Part shown: one piece after another, positions 9,852-18,777 of the stretch
Numbering within the stretch: position 1 is the first letter of the stretch
Layout: each line of letters starts with the position of its first letter
NCBI GenBank assembly: GCA_018663865.1
Contig: JABJPM010000030.1
Location: 117-64,116 of the forward strand
Source of the DNA: Candidatus Woesearchaeota archaeon
Lineage (GTDB): Archaea; Nanobdellota; Nanobdellia; SCGC-AAA011-G17; PNOQ01
Direction of reading: 5' to 3'
DNA length: 64,000 bases
Translations under genes and position numbers: made by a program
The notes under the pieces: model-generated
What the model saw: only the letters and a program-made list of their open reading frames with translations
What the model was told of the DNA's origin: nothing
Database searches by the model: none

Positions 9852-10240
9852 AAGTTATACATAAAGCTGGAAAGAGAAAGACTGCAATAGCTCGAGCTAC
9901 AATGAAAGCAGGAAAGGGCGTTGTTAGAATTAATTATACTACTTTGGAAAATTATGAACCAGAAATAGCGAAGTTGAAAATTACTGAACCATTATTAATT
10001 GCAGGCAAAATGTCTGAAAAATATAATTTTCAAATTAATGTTCGTGGCGGGGGATGGCAATCTCAAGCTGAAGCTGCAAGATTGGCAATAGCCAGATGTT
10101 TAATGGAAGCAGACGGAAAGTTAAAAGACAAATTTTTAGAGTATGATAGAAATTTAGTTGTTGCAGATACTAGAAGAAAAGAAGTATGCAAACCTAATGA
10201 TTCTAAAGCAAGAGCTAAAAGACAAAAATCTTACAGATAG
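9848..10240 (+). CDS. rps9: 30S ribosomal protein S9 (uS9)
   Basis: 'GKRKTAIARATMKAGKG...INVRGGGWQSQAEAARLAIARCL...KRQKSYR'. Confidence 0.92.
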   Translation: MKVIHKAGKRKTAIARATMKAGKGVVRINYTTLENYEPEIAKLKITEPLLIAGKMSEKYNFQINVRGGGWQSQAEAARLAIARCLMEADGKLKDKFLEYDRNLVVADTRRKEVCKPNDSKARAKRQKSYR

Positions 10241-10244
10241 AAAA

Positions 10245-10442
10245 ATGATAATACCAATAAGATGTTTCAGTTGTGGAAAGCCAGTAGGGCATTTGTGGGA
10301 GAAATACTTGGAACAAATTAATGCTGGAGAAGATCCAAAAAAAGTTATGGATGATTTAGATATAGAAAGGTATTGCTGTAGGGCTTTGTTTATGGGCCAT
10401 GTAGATATGCTTGAAGATATTGCCCAATTCAAAAAGTTTTAG
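10245..10442 (+). CDS. rpoN: DNA-directed RNA polymerase subunit N (Rpo10). Trimmed from the longer track ORF 10158-10442
   Basis: 'MIIPIRCFSCGKPVG...YCCRALF' zinc-binding RpoN motif; follows rps9 as usual. Confidence 0.85.
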   Translation: MIIPIRCFSCGKPVGHLWEKYLEQINAGEDPKKVMDDLDIERYCCRALFMGHVDMLEDIAQFKKF

Positions 10443-10516
10443 TTATTATTAATTCTTTATTTAGATATCCTAATTTTATAGAAACACTTATATTTTTTTT
10501 TCATTATTATATATTT

Positions 10517-11089
10517 ATGAAGGTAGGTATATTAATTTTTATTTTAATTTTAATAAGCGGATGTCAGACTCCTCAATTGTCTAAACAAATATCGTATGAT
10601 GATAAAATTATTTTTGGAAATGCATTTAATACTCCTTGTGAAAAAGAAGAAACTAAATCTACTGCATTGATTCGTACTTATAAATTTAAATCTCGCGAAG
10701 AAATAACGACTAATTTTCCAATTATTCTTTCAGAGTTAGGTGCATCTGAAAAAATCATAAATGAATATGCATCTGAAAAAAATATTGTTGAAAAATTTCC
10801 AATGTTGTCTGAAAATTATGACGAATATCATAAATTGAAAGAAGAACAAAAAGGGTGCATACCTTGTGGATTTGCAGGTGGATGCGAGTTTGGAATAACT
10901 CATTGTGAAGACGGTTGTTGTGAATTAGATGATTTTGGATTAAATTGTGAGGAGTGTAGTTCTGGCAGTGGACAAAGATGTATTGGTTCTGTATGTACTA
11001 ATATTGATTATGATCCTTTACGCCCAGAAGAGGGGAGAATAACATTTACAATTGAATTTAATACATGGGATGAATTATTACCCTGGTGA
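10517..11089 (+). CDS. Putative lipoprotein with Cys-rich C-terminal domain
   Basis: Signal peptide with lipobox-like 'LISGC'; nine Cys in last 70 residues. Confidence 0.5.
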   Translation: MKVGILIFILILISGCQTPQLSKQISYDDKIIFGNAFNTPCEKEETKSTALIRTYKFKSREEITTNFPIILSELGASEKIINEYASEKNIVEKFPMLSENYDEYHKLKEEQKGCIPCGFAGGCEFGITHCEDGCCELDDFGLNCEECSSGSGQRCIGSVCTNIDYDPLRPEEGRITFTIEFNTWDELLPW

Positions 11090-11125
11090 TAAATTTTAAA
11101 AAGTCTAGTTCTTTTCTTTATTATT

Positions 11126-11530
11126 ATGAGAGATGATATTTGGTTAAATGATCGTTTAGATGTTGTTTGGGATAAAATTATTCCCGAGGTCGAGAGAAAA
11201 AATGAAGTCATTATCCGATTTATAGGAAAATGGAAAAACAAATTTGCCCACATAAAAATGCTTCGAAATGGTTCAACTGAGATTGCAATTAATTCATTGT
11301 TTAAATATCCGGATGTGCCAGATTTCATTTTAGAAACTACTATTGCCCATGAGTTAATACATTATATGCATGGCTTCCAAAGTCCGCATCCTCAATTATT
11401 TAGGCACCCTCATCGAGGGGGAATTGTAGATAAAGAAATAAAAAAAAGAGGATATGCATTTCTATTTGATTTAGAAAAAAGTTGGGTTAAGAATAATTGG
11501 TTTAGATTACATTCTATTTTAATTTCTTAG
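11126..11530 (+). CDS. SprT/DUF45-like zinc metallopeptidase
   Basis: HExxH motif 'AHELIHYMHG' with downstream His. Confidence 0.5.
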   Translation: MRDDIWLNDRLDVVWDKIIPEVERKNEVIIRFIGKWKNKFAHIKMLRNGSTEIAINSLFKYPDVPDFILETTIAHELIHYMHGFQSPHPQLFRHPHRGGIVDKEIKKRGYAFLFDLEKSWVKNNWFRLHSILIS

Positions 11531-11810
11531 GAATTGGATATCGGGTAAATTTTTTACAACTTAAACAAGCATAAATTACCTTATTGTTTTTCGTTCTAAC
11601 CCTTAAATTATCCTTATTAAAATAATTGTAACAATGTTTACAGAATTTTCTATTGTAATATCTTGGAAGTTTAAGATTAAACTTCATTCCTATTTTTCTA
11701 GCTGTACTAATATATTTATTTGAAAGTGATTGTGTTTTCGTTTTCTCAGCTTGTTCGAAAAGAATTTTAATTCTTTCTTTCGCAATTTCAATATTTTTTT
11801 GTTTTCTCAT
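11514..11810 (-). CDS. rnp4: RNase P protein subunit Rpp21/Rpr2
   Basis: 'IAKERIKILFEQAE...KLPRYYNRKFCKHC...RVRTKNNKVIYACLSCKK' matches the Rpp21 zinc-ribbon pattern. Confidence 0.8.
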   Translation of the reverse strand: MRKQKNIEIAKERIKILFEQAEKTKTQSLSNKYISTARKIGMKFNLKLPRYYNRKFCKHCYNYFNKDNLRVRTKNNKVIYACLSCKKFTRYPIPKKLK

Positions 11811-11842
11811 GATATTGATTTATTTTAATTAATTAAAAAGGT

Positions 11843-11990
11843 TTTGAAAAATAAAAGTGGACAGCTTTTTGAGGTTCCCGTATAAAATACAGTACAACTC
11901 AAAACGTGGGCCTGCTTGACTTCCGAGATCGAGACGAGTTCGGGTATAACCAGGTCGCTTTGACCGTCCTAAAATTTGGGTAGATTTAGT
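11843..11990. ncRNA. Candidate structured small RNA (unassigned)
   Basis: GC-rich island (gggcctgcttgacttccgagatcgagacgagttcgggtataaccaggtcgctttgaccgtcc) in an AT-rich intergenic gap; no ORF. Confidence 0.3.
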
Positions 11991-12000
11991 ATTTATAAAC

Positions 12001-12420
12001 TTATTGTTTTTTATGAGAAAGTATTGTTTTTGCTAATCCTGCAATTCGATGATATTGATGCTTTAATCCTCGGTAATCCAATGATTTGGCTAAATCTGAG
12101 TCTCTTGTGACATCATAAATTAATGTTCTCAATGATTCTTCATTTTGAGAATATTTGATAATTTCTTCTGCGTGATCGTAACCTCTTATTTTAAATCCAA
12201 TGCCATTCGGTTTTCGTCTCTTTCTTTTTATTGGTTGAGATTCCCTTTCCAACATTATTTGATCTGCTAAATATCTTTCATAATGTTCTAATTCTCTGGA
12301 ATGTTCACCAAATGATTCTTTAACGTTTTCTAAGGAATATTCTAAATTCGTAAATAATGTTCCAATCTCAGGAGTATTTTCTTCTTCAATTAATTTTTCT
12401 AGGGATTGGTAATCTATCAT
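12001..12420 (-). CDS. Hypothetical protein (139 aa)
   Basis: ORF only; charged, no recognisable motif. Confidence 0.35.
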   Translation of the reverse strand: MIDYQSLEKLIEEENTPEIGTLFTNLEYSLENVKESFGEHSRELEHYERYLADQIMLERESQPIKRKRRKPNGIGFKIRGYDHAEEIIKYSQNEESLRTLIYDVTRDSDLAKSLDYRGLKHQYHRIAGLAKTILSHKKQ

Positions 12421-12456
12421 GAAAATAGTAATAAGAATTGATTAATAAATCTTCTG

Positions 12457-12804
12457 TTACATTATTTTTAATTTACCTGTAATTTTATCAATTATTTCTT
12501 CTTTGTCTGGTCCAATTCCTAAACAAGTCATTGTCCCTGCAGGTATCTCTGTTTTTCCAGCATCCTTTATTATTGAAGCCACCAATTTTTCTTTTTTTGC
12601 TAATCTTTGATATTTTAATAATTCTTTTCGATCTTCAACTTTTAAGATCACTTTCTTCATCCCCATATTTCTCCAATCTAAAATTTTTTGTTTATTCGAG
12701 TTAAGTGTCGCTTCTACTGCTGCATGGGCTACTTGTGCCCCTAATTTTCCCTTGCTCAATTTTAGATCTTTTCTGACCAAAATTACTTGTTTATATTTGT
12801 TCAT
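12457..12804 (-). CDS. pth2: Peptidyl-tRNA hydrolase, archaeal type (Pth2)
   Basis: 'KQVILVRKDLKLSKGKLGAQVAHAA' is the Pth2 signature. Confidence 0.9.
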   Translation of the reverse strand: MNKYKQVILVRKDLKLSKGKLGAQVAHAAVEATLNSNKQKILDWRNMGMKKVILKVEDRKELLKYQRLAKKEKLVASIIKDAGKTEIPAGTMTCLGIGPDKEEIIDKITGKLKIM

Positions 12805-13099
12805 TTTTCAATTTATGGTGAACACTATTTTTTAGTTTGTTCATTACTTTGTGCATAGCAGTTGAAAGTAACCAGTCATCTCCCTCTACAGTGATTAGAC
12901 TATCGGGTGTTTGAATTTTTGCATGGAAAGAGTATTTTGCCCTATCTCCATCTTTATTATGTTTTTTTGCATGCATTACTAAATCCCCTTTTATATCTCT
13001 GGAAATTTTTTCAAAATTAGTGAATGTCAATTCTTTTATTTTTTTAACTTCTTCTTCTGTAAACTCGTCTAATCCTTTTATTGTAATATCATCTCTCAT
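12791..13099 (-). CDS. Small protein with ribosome hibernation factor (HPF/YfiA)-like pattern
   Basis: By-eye alignment to bacterial HPF across the full length (ITIKG..EF.E..KK.....F..I.....V.....K.... / EGDD.L.A.D.L.DKL..Q..KHK). Confidence 0.35.
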   Translation of the reverse strand: MRDDITIKGLDEFTEEEVKKIKELTFTNFEKISRDIKGDLVMHAKKHNKDGDRAKYSFHAKIQTPDSLITVEGDDWLLSTAMHKVMNKLKNSVHHKLKNEQI

Positions 13100-13133
13100 A
13101 GGATTATTTTGTTTGAATTATATTTAATATTTT

Positions 13134-14828
13134 CTATTCTAGAGATTTAGTTACATATGGCCCTTCTTTTTCATAACCCAAATTATAATAATATTTTTTA
13201 ACACCAATTCCAGAAATAATTATCATTTTGTTTTTTTTATTTTGTTTTGCAATTTCTTCCGCCTTTTTTAATAATTTTTTACCAAATCCTTTATGCTGGA
13301 CACTGCCCTCTGCACCAATGTTTGTTGCAACGCCATATACATGTAATTCTCTTATTATTGCTGAAGAAGTTGTTATTTCTTCCCTTAAACTTTCTGAAGG
13401 GAATCTCATTCTTATGAAACCAATTATCAAATCATTTTCAGTATCTTCTGCAGAAATAAAATATTCTGTTCCATTTGATGCACCATATTCATTTATTTTT
13501 ATTTCTACTTTATCCCAATTTATCTCACGTTTTCTTGGTTCTCTGCATCGTATACATTTACATTTCGGTTTATGTTTTTGAAATAGGTATTGTCTGAAAT
13601 TTGTTAGTTCAACTCCTGCTTCCCATTGTTTTGTTGGAACATCTCGCTGTATTCTTTGTATTCGACAATATTCTGGAACTGATTCTTTAAATTCAGCAAT
13701 TATTTCTGCTGCGCTATCTGCAGTCAATGGTTTGAAATTTCCTTTTTTATAATCTAAATATAAGGGGGTTCCTTTTGAAACCATTGTCGGATATATCTTT
13801 AACATGTCTGGACGATAATCTTCGTCTGAAAACAATTGTTTCATTCCTTCTAAATCTTTTTTCTTATCTGTTAATGGCAATCCAGGCATATAATGTGCAG
13901 AAATTTTGAATCCTAAATCTTTTAAGATTCTTATTGAATCAATAGTATCTTTTATTGTGTGTCCCCTATTGACTTTTTTTATAACTTCTTCATAGACACT
14001 TTGGATTCCTAATTCAACCCTAGTACATCCAAGTTTTAATATTTGGTTTCCATGCTCTAATAGTCCCCAATCTGGTTTTGTTTCAATGCACAATGCAACA
14101 CATCTAACTTTTACAGATTCATTTTTTTCTTGTTCTGTTTTTAATTCACATTCTCCCTTCATTTCTAAAAGTTTTTTATGAATTTTTTTGGTTCTTTCCT
14201 CGCTTTGAAAATCCTTTGCAGGTAATTCGAAAAATTTTTTAAATTTTGGATAATCGAGTGTTCCATCTTCTTCGAAAAATAATTTTGAAAAATCATTCAT
14301 TGCTTTAAATGAATATTTTATGAATTCTTCTTGATATTCTTTATCAAATGCTGTGAATGTTCCGCCCATAACAATTAATTCAATCTTATCTACTGAGTGG
14401 CCCAATAAGACGTAATGCTCCAATCTATTAAATACTTGGAGATAAGGGTCATAATTATTTCTTATTGCCCTCATTGTTGCGGGTTCTCCCCCTGTGTAAG
14501 ATTGTGGAACGTTACCAAATTGAGAATTTGGTCCACCTGGACAATATGTACATCTGCCGTGTGGACAAGGAATTGGTTTTGTCATTAATGCTACTGGGGA
14601 TACCCCAGACATTGTCCTAGTTGGTTTTATTACAAAATTATAACTTCCCCTTGGAAGGTAGGTCATAATTTCAACTAAACTGGGAATCGTATTTGGTCTA
14701 TGTTTTTTTATCAAACTATCTCTAAGATCTGCAATTTGTTTTTTTGTTTTCAAATCGTCTTTTTCTATTTCCTTTGCCATCAATTTGCAAAAATCTTGGG
14801 TTTCCATAAGATTTGTCCAAAAGCACAA
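13134..14828 (-). CDS. elp3: Elongator Elp3-like radical-SAM/GNAT tRNA modification enzyme
   Basis: Radical SAM 'CPHGRCTYCPGG', 564 aa, C-terminal GNAT region. Confidence 0.85.
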   Translation of the reverse strand: MCFWTNLMETQDFCKLMAKEIEKDDLKTKKQIADLRDSLIKKHRPNTIPSLVEIMTYLPRGSYNFVIKPTRTMSGVSPVALMTKPIPCPHGRCTYCPGGPNSQFGNVPQSYTGGEPATMRAIRNNYDPYLQVFNRLEHYVLLGHSVDKIELIVMGGTFTAFDKEYQEEFIKYSFKAMNDFSKLFFEEDGTLDYPKFKKFFELPAKDFQSEERTKKIHKKLLEMKGECELKTEQEKNESVKVRCVALCIETKPDWGLLEHGNQILKLGCTRVELGIQSVYEEVIKKVNRGHTIKDTIDSIRILKDLGFKISAHYMPGLPLTDKKKDLEGMKQLFSDEDYRPDMLKIYPTMVSKGTPLYLDYKKGNFKPLTADSAAEIIAEFKESVPEYCRIQRIQRDVPTKQWEAGVELTNFRQYLFQKHKPKCKCIRCREPRKREINWDKVEIKINEYGASNGTEYFISAEDTENDLIIGFIRMRFPSESLREEITTSSAIIRELHVYGVATNIGAEGSVQHKGFGKKLLKKAEEIAKQNKKNKMIIISGIGVKKYYYNLGYEKEGPYVTKSLE

Positions 14829-14856
14829 TATTTAAAAGTTGTGGATTTGTTGTAAA

Positions 14857-15140
14857 AGGGTAGGCTAGACTGGGCGGTTAGCTCTCGCTTGTTATCGCAA
14901 ATGAGCTATATGGTGAAGTCGAATGCCTGATTGAGGCTTTAATCTTTATTATTGGTCTCAACTTGGACGTTGATCCTTTGTCTCATGGGATCGTTGTTTT
15001 TGGGAATCAAGTCAGATCCGGAAGGAAGCAGCTTTTACCTTAAATATCGATGCTTGTGAATCGCAGAGAGGAGGAAAAGTTGAGGTCAACCCAATAATAT
15101 CGTTTATTGTCGATTTCAGGATGCCTGCATTTTAGTTACA
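14857..15140 (+). ncRNA. ffs: Signal recognition particle RNA (7S/SRP RNA); ends approximate
   Basis: Contains 'UCAGAUCCGGAAGGAAGCAGC', matching the universally conserved SRP RNA helix-8 motif. It lies in a roughly 290-nt GC-rich ORF-free island. Confidence 0.75.
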
Positions 15141-15160
15141 TTTATAAATGAATTTATTTT

Positions 15161-15730
15161 TTGATGAATTCCATGACTATAGTAGACTGCGACACAAGAA
15201 ATAGAATATTGATGGAATCTGATTCTGCACCCAGCGGTAGAACTCTATTAAATGCATCCTATGCGCTGGCAAATGGTTCTGAGGTTGGTTGCGCATTTAG
15301 AAATAATAAATGGTTAACATATACTAGTGACAGTCTTGGATCTCTTGAAAAATATTTCGATTTGAAAACAGTTCGACATACGCATCCAATGGCGGATGCT
15401 TCGACTGATGGGGCCGAATTTGAAAATCTTGCACCTTCTTCTGATGATTTAATTTTGTCTTTACTTGATTCTGTAGAGAAACCAATTTTTAATACAATAT
15501 ATACTGTCGCGCCAAATGAAATAAATCCAGTATTGATTGGCTATCGTCCATTCGAATCAGGATATGCAAATTTGAATTCGCCTTATTATGATGATAAGGA
15601 TATATCTTTTGATGTTTATTGGAGGGCCATAGGGACTTCAGACATGGGCCATTCAATGATGACTAAAGAATTTATAGAAGATGAATTGCATCATTGTTTA
15701 CATAGTTGGTTAATTAATCGAGGATATTAG
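15161..15730 (+). CDS. Hypothetical protein (189 aa)
   Basis: ORF only. Confidence 0.35.
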   Translation: MMNSMTIVDCDTRNRILMESDSAPSGRTLLNASYALANGSEVGCAFRNNKWLTYTSDSLGSLEKYFDLKTVRHTHPMADASTDGAEFENLAPSSDDLILSLLDSVEKPIFNTIYTVAPNEINPVLIGYRPFESGYANLNSPYYDDKDISFDVYWRAIGTSDMGHSMMTKEFIEDELHHCLHSWLINRGY

Positions 15731-16209
15731 GTTCTCATTTCAGAAATAATTTCCCCTAGATTCTGTGCTAGAAGATTATACATTTTTTGAATAGTTAATT
15801 CATAAATTGTTTCTTTCAATGTTCCTTGACAAAAATTCAATTCGCTTGTCGAAAATCCTTCTGAGATTGGAAGGGCACAAACCATAGATTTGTCTTGAAA
15901 TTTTTCTTTTGTTTCCTCATCCAATTGAGGATTCACTTCTTTCAATTCTATTTGTACAATGCAACTTTCCTCATTCCGTTCTAGTATTTCATATTCGAAT
16001 AAATTATTATTTTCGTATCCAACAACTTTTGCAGGAGAACAGGTTGAAAAGGCCCTATTAAAACAATTTATGTCTTCTTTACAATCTGTTTGATAATTTG
16101 AAACTATTGCAGAAGTAATTAATAATATTGTAAATATTGCTAAAATTAAACCTTGAATTTTATTTTCTTTTCTCAAAGTTTGTTTTTTCTTTAATGATTT
16201 TTTTTTCAT
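15727..16209 (-). CDS. Membrane-anchored hypothetical protein with extracytoplasmic Cys-containing domain
   Basis: N-terminal TM 'GLILAIFTILLITSAIV', six Cys. Confidence 0.4.
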   Translation of the reverse strand: MKKKSLKKKQTLRKENKIQGLILAIFTILLITSAIVSNYQTDCKEDINCFNRAFSTCSPAKVVGYENNNLFEYEILERNEESCIVQIELKEVNPQLDEETKEKFQDKSMVCALPISEGFSTSELNFCQGTLKETIYELTIQKMYNLLAQNLGEIISEMRT

Positions 16210-16265
16210 ACACTTAAAATTTATTTTTTTGTTTTATATTTGTTTCGATTTAAAAAAGAAAAAAA

Positions 16266-17501
16266 TTAAAGATTCTCTTTTGTGAGAATTTTTATTTTTG
16301 TTTGTGTTCGAGGGATTTTTGAATCCATTGCAATTATGTTTTTGATCTCTGATCTTTCTGCAATTTTAATCAAATCTCGATTTACTACACCATCAAATAC
16401 TATTGTGTTTATGCCTGTTTTTAGGTTTTTAACAGTAGTATTTAATTCTGAAGTTGGAACTTTTCCTAACACGTTTTGTTCCTCATCAAGTATATATGCT
16501 CCCCTTGTACCCATTAAGTCATCTAACATTTTTGCATATGTTTCAGTATCTTTTTTGGATAATTTAGATTCATATTTTGGACTTGTTGTAGGTTTTTGTA
16601 TTGGTTTTGTATATGTTGAAACCTTTTTTTGTAACCTATTAGGGATTGGTTTTTTTCTCGAAATTGGTGCTTTTAATTCGATTTTTGTTTGTTCCATTGA
16701 AACCCTACTTCTCAAAGCTTTGTTTATTTCTTTTTTTGTAAGTTCTTCAACTTCTTTCCCATCTGGCGCTTTAACTACAAAATCAACATCTCCTATTGCT
16801 TTTAGTTCTCTTATGATCAAATCGCCCCCTCTATCTCCATCAACAAATAGTGTAGCTGTTTTTATTTTTGTTAGTTCTGCTATTGTTTTTGGTATAGAAG
16901 TTCCATTTAATGCAATCCCATTTTTGAAACCATTTTTTAATAATGTAAGGACATCTGCTCTTCCCTCTACAATTATTATTTCATCTGAATCTTTAACAGC
17001 TGGTCCAGCTGCAAGTTTTTCTGGTCCAAATTCAACAATTTCCGTCATTCTTACAGATTTTGAAACTTCTTCTGTAATTTCTTGTGTATCTGGAAGTGTA
17101 TTGTGTGTTAATTCTTTCAATAATTCTTTCGCTCTATTAATAACTGCGGTTCTTTTTGAAATTCTAACGTCTTCTATTGATTTTGCAGCTACATTTGCAT
17201 TACATGGTCCAATTCTTTCGATTGTTTCTAATGCTGCAGCAATAATTGCAGTTTCTGTTTTATCTAATGAGGAAGGAATTAGAATCTCTCCATGCGCTTT
17301 TCCAGCAGCAGTTTTCAGATTTACTTCTATTCTTCCTATTTTTCCATTTCTTTGTAATTCTCTCAATTCCAAATCAGAACCTAAAAGCCCTTCAGTTTGG
17401 CCAAAAATTGCACCAATTACATCAGGTCTATCTACTGTTCCTTCGATTGAAATATCAACATGAATTATGTATTTTGCCGTTACTAGGCCTATTTTTCCCA
17501 T
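16266..17501 (-). CDS. dnaG: Archaeal DnaG-like primase (Toprim domain)
   Basis: 'VEGRADVLTLLKNGFKNGIALNGT' and 'FVDGDRGGD' are Toprim motifs; archaeal DnaG N-terminus. Confidence 0.85.
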   Translation of the reverse strand: MGKIGLVTAKYIIHVDISIEGTVDRPDVIGAIFGQTEGLLGSDLELRELQRNGKIGRIEVNLKTAAGKAHGEILIPSSLDKTETAIIAAALETIERIGPCNANVAAKSIEDVRISKRTAVINRAKELLKELTHNTLPDTQEITEEVSKSVRMTEIVEFGPEKLAAGPAVKDSDEIIIVEGRADVLTLLKNGFKNGIALNGTSIPKTIAELTKIKTATLFVDGDRGGDLIIRELKAIGDVDFVVKAPDGKEVEELTKKEINKALRSRVSMEQTKIELKAPISRKKPIPNRLQKKVSTYTKPIQKPTTSPKYESKLSKKDTETYAKMLDDLMGTRGAYILDEEQNVLGKVPTSELNTTVKNLKTGINTIVFDGVVNRDLIKIAERSEIKNIIAMDSKIPRTQTKIKILTKENL

Positions 17502-17734
17502 TTTATTTCCTCCATGAAATATCTTTTAGAATAAGCAGTATTAAATGCACTCTTGTCTGTGCCCGTACTTTTTAATAATGTGAATGTGATAATGATACTT
17601 ATTCTATTTTTTTTTGATTATGTTGCCCGTTTCTAACTCCCAAGCTCATTGCTTGATAGTTATCGTATGCTCCATTGGGTAATTCGCAAAACGGACTGAT
17701 AGAATATGTTCGAAATCCTTTAAAAAGGTTTTGA

Positions 17735-18226
17735 TTATCTAAATTTTTGTAGATTTAAGAATGATTTTGTCTTATTATACACATCATAGGTGTCATTTTT
17801 GATCTCTTTTTTATATACTGAGAACTTATTAGCCATAAAATACTTATCCGAGATGGCCCTTAAAAGCTTTAGGAATGGTTTTTTATCCCATCTTTCCTCA
17901 TAATCCGTGACCATCATTGATTTGAATTTCAAGTTAAGCTTCCCATTTGTTAGTTTTTCTGATTTTCCTTCAATTATTTCATAATCTTTTAGATCTATTT
18001 CGGCTTTTATCTCAATTTTTGTGTAATCGTCCAATTCTTTTGTTCCAGTCCATTGAATATTCACTGATTTTTTATCGCCAGTTGCTTTTTCATCATAGGA
18101 TGTTTCATAGAATGTGTATCTGTTTATATCAAACCAAGATTTTAAAGAATTGTATAAATCAATCATGTTAAATGGAGCATTATATTTTACTGATATTCCT
18201 TTGACAATCATGTCTTTTTCAGCCAT
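17735..18226 (-). CDS. Member A of a three-copy paralogous family of about 163-aa proteins, function unknown
   Basis: Shares length and motifs with 18259-18753 and 38262-38759 (GKLNLKF/NKLDLSL/GKLNFII; DYEERWDKK/KEKWGIS). Confidence 0.5.
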   Translation of the reverse strand: MAEKDMIVKGISVKYNAPFNMIDLYNSLKSWFDINRYTFYETSYDEKATGDKKSVNIQWTGTKELDDYTKIEIKAEIDLKDYEIIEGKSEKLTNGKLNLKFKSMMVTDYEERWDKKPFLKLLRAISDKYFMANKFSVYKKEIKNDTYDVYNKTKSFLNLQKFR

Positions 18227-18258
18227 TTTCTAATTTTAGTAAATTTTATTTATAAGTG

Positions 18259-18753
18259 TTATGCTCTTCGTAATTCTAAATATTCTTTTATTTCATCTGC
18301 CAAGGTATATGCCTTGGCACTTAACATGCTTTTACTCGCAGATATTCTTTCGTTTATTATGTAATCCTCATATAATTTTTTTATAAATTTTCTTTTTTTG
18401 AATTTGCCTTGCCTATCTGTGGTCACTTTGGCATCCATTTTTAAGGAAAGGTCTAATTTGTTTGTTCCAATTTTTTTACCATCAATTTCCACTTCAATGT
18501 CTTTCATTCCCAAGATATTAAATGTAATATTTATTGTATGCAAAAGGTATGGGCCCATGAATTTTTCTGCACACCATTTTATTTCAATTTGTTTTGAATC
18601 GCCCTTTATTCGTTCAACATAAACTTCTTCTTGGAATGTTTTTTTTTCATCACCGTAACCTTCCCAAGTCAACCATTCTTTAATTAAAGAATATAATTCT
18701 CCCATATCAAAGATGCCTTTATCTTTAATTGCAGTGGACATTACTTTTCCCAT
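18259..18753 (-). CDS. Member B of the same about 163-aa paralogous family
   Basis: Tandem to member A; same architecture. Confidence 0.5.
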   Translation of the reverse strand: MGKVMSTAIKDKGIFDMGELYSLIKEWLTWEGYGDEKKTFQEEVYVERIKGDSKQIEIKWCAEKFMGPYLLHTINITFNILGMKDIEVEIDGKKIGTNKLDLSLKMDAKVTTDRQGKFKKRKFIKKLYEDYIINERISASKSMLSAKAYTLADEIKEYLELRRA

Positions 18754-18777
18754 GGGTTAATTTAGAATTAATTGGTT

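Noticed and set aside
10158-10442. 94-aa ORF as a single gene
   Set aside because: The 5' part overlaps rps9 in another frame. The RpoN homologue starts at the internal ATG at 10245 (65 aa).
11843-11990. RNase P RNA or tRNA
   Set aside because: Too short for RNase P RNA and no P4/CR-I/CR-V-like motifs. No cloverleaf or T-loop GTTCRANYC on either strand.
16282-17463. 393-aa plus-strand ORF inside dnaG
   Set aside because: Low-complexity Ser/Phe-rich antisense shadow of a well-supported minus-strand gene. The same applies to 26633-27112 (in srp54), 36185-36724 (in thermosome), 52942-53412, 61181-61711 and 7459-7719.
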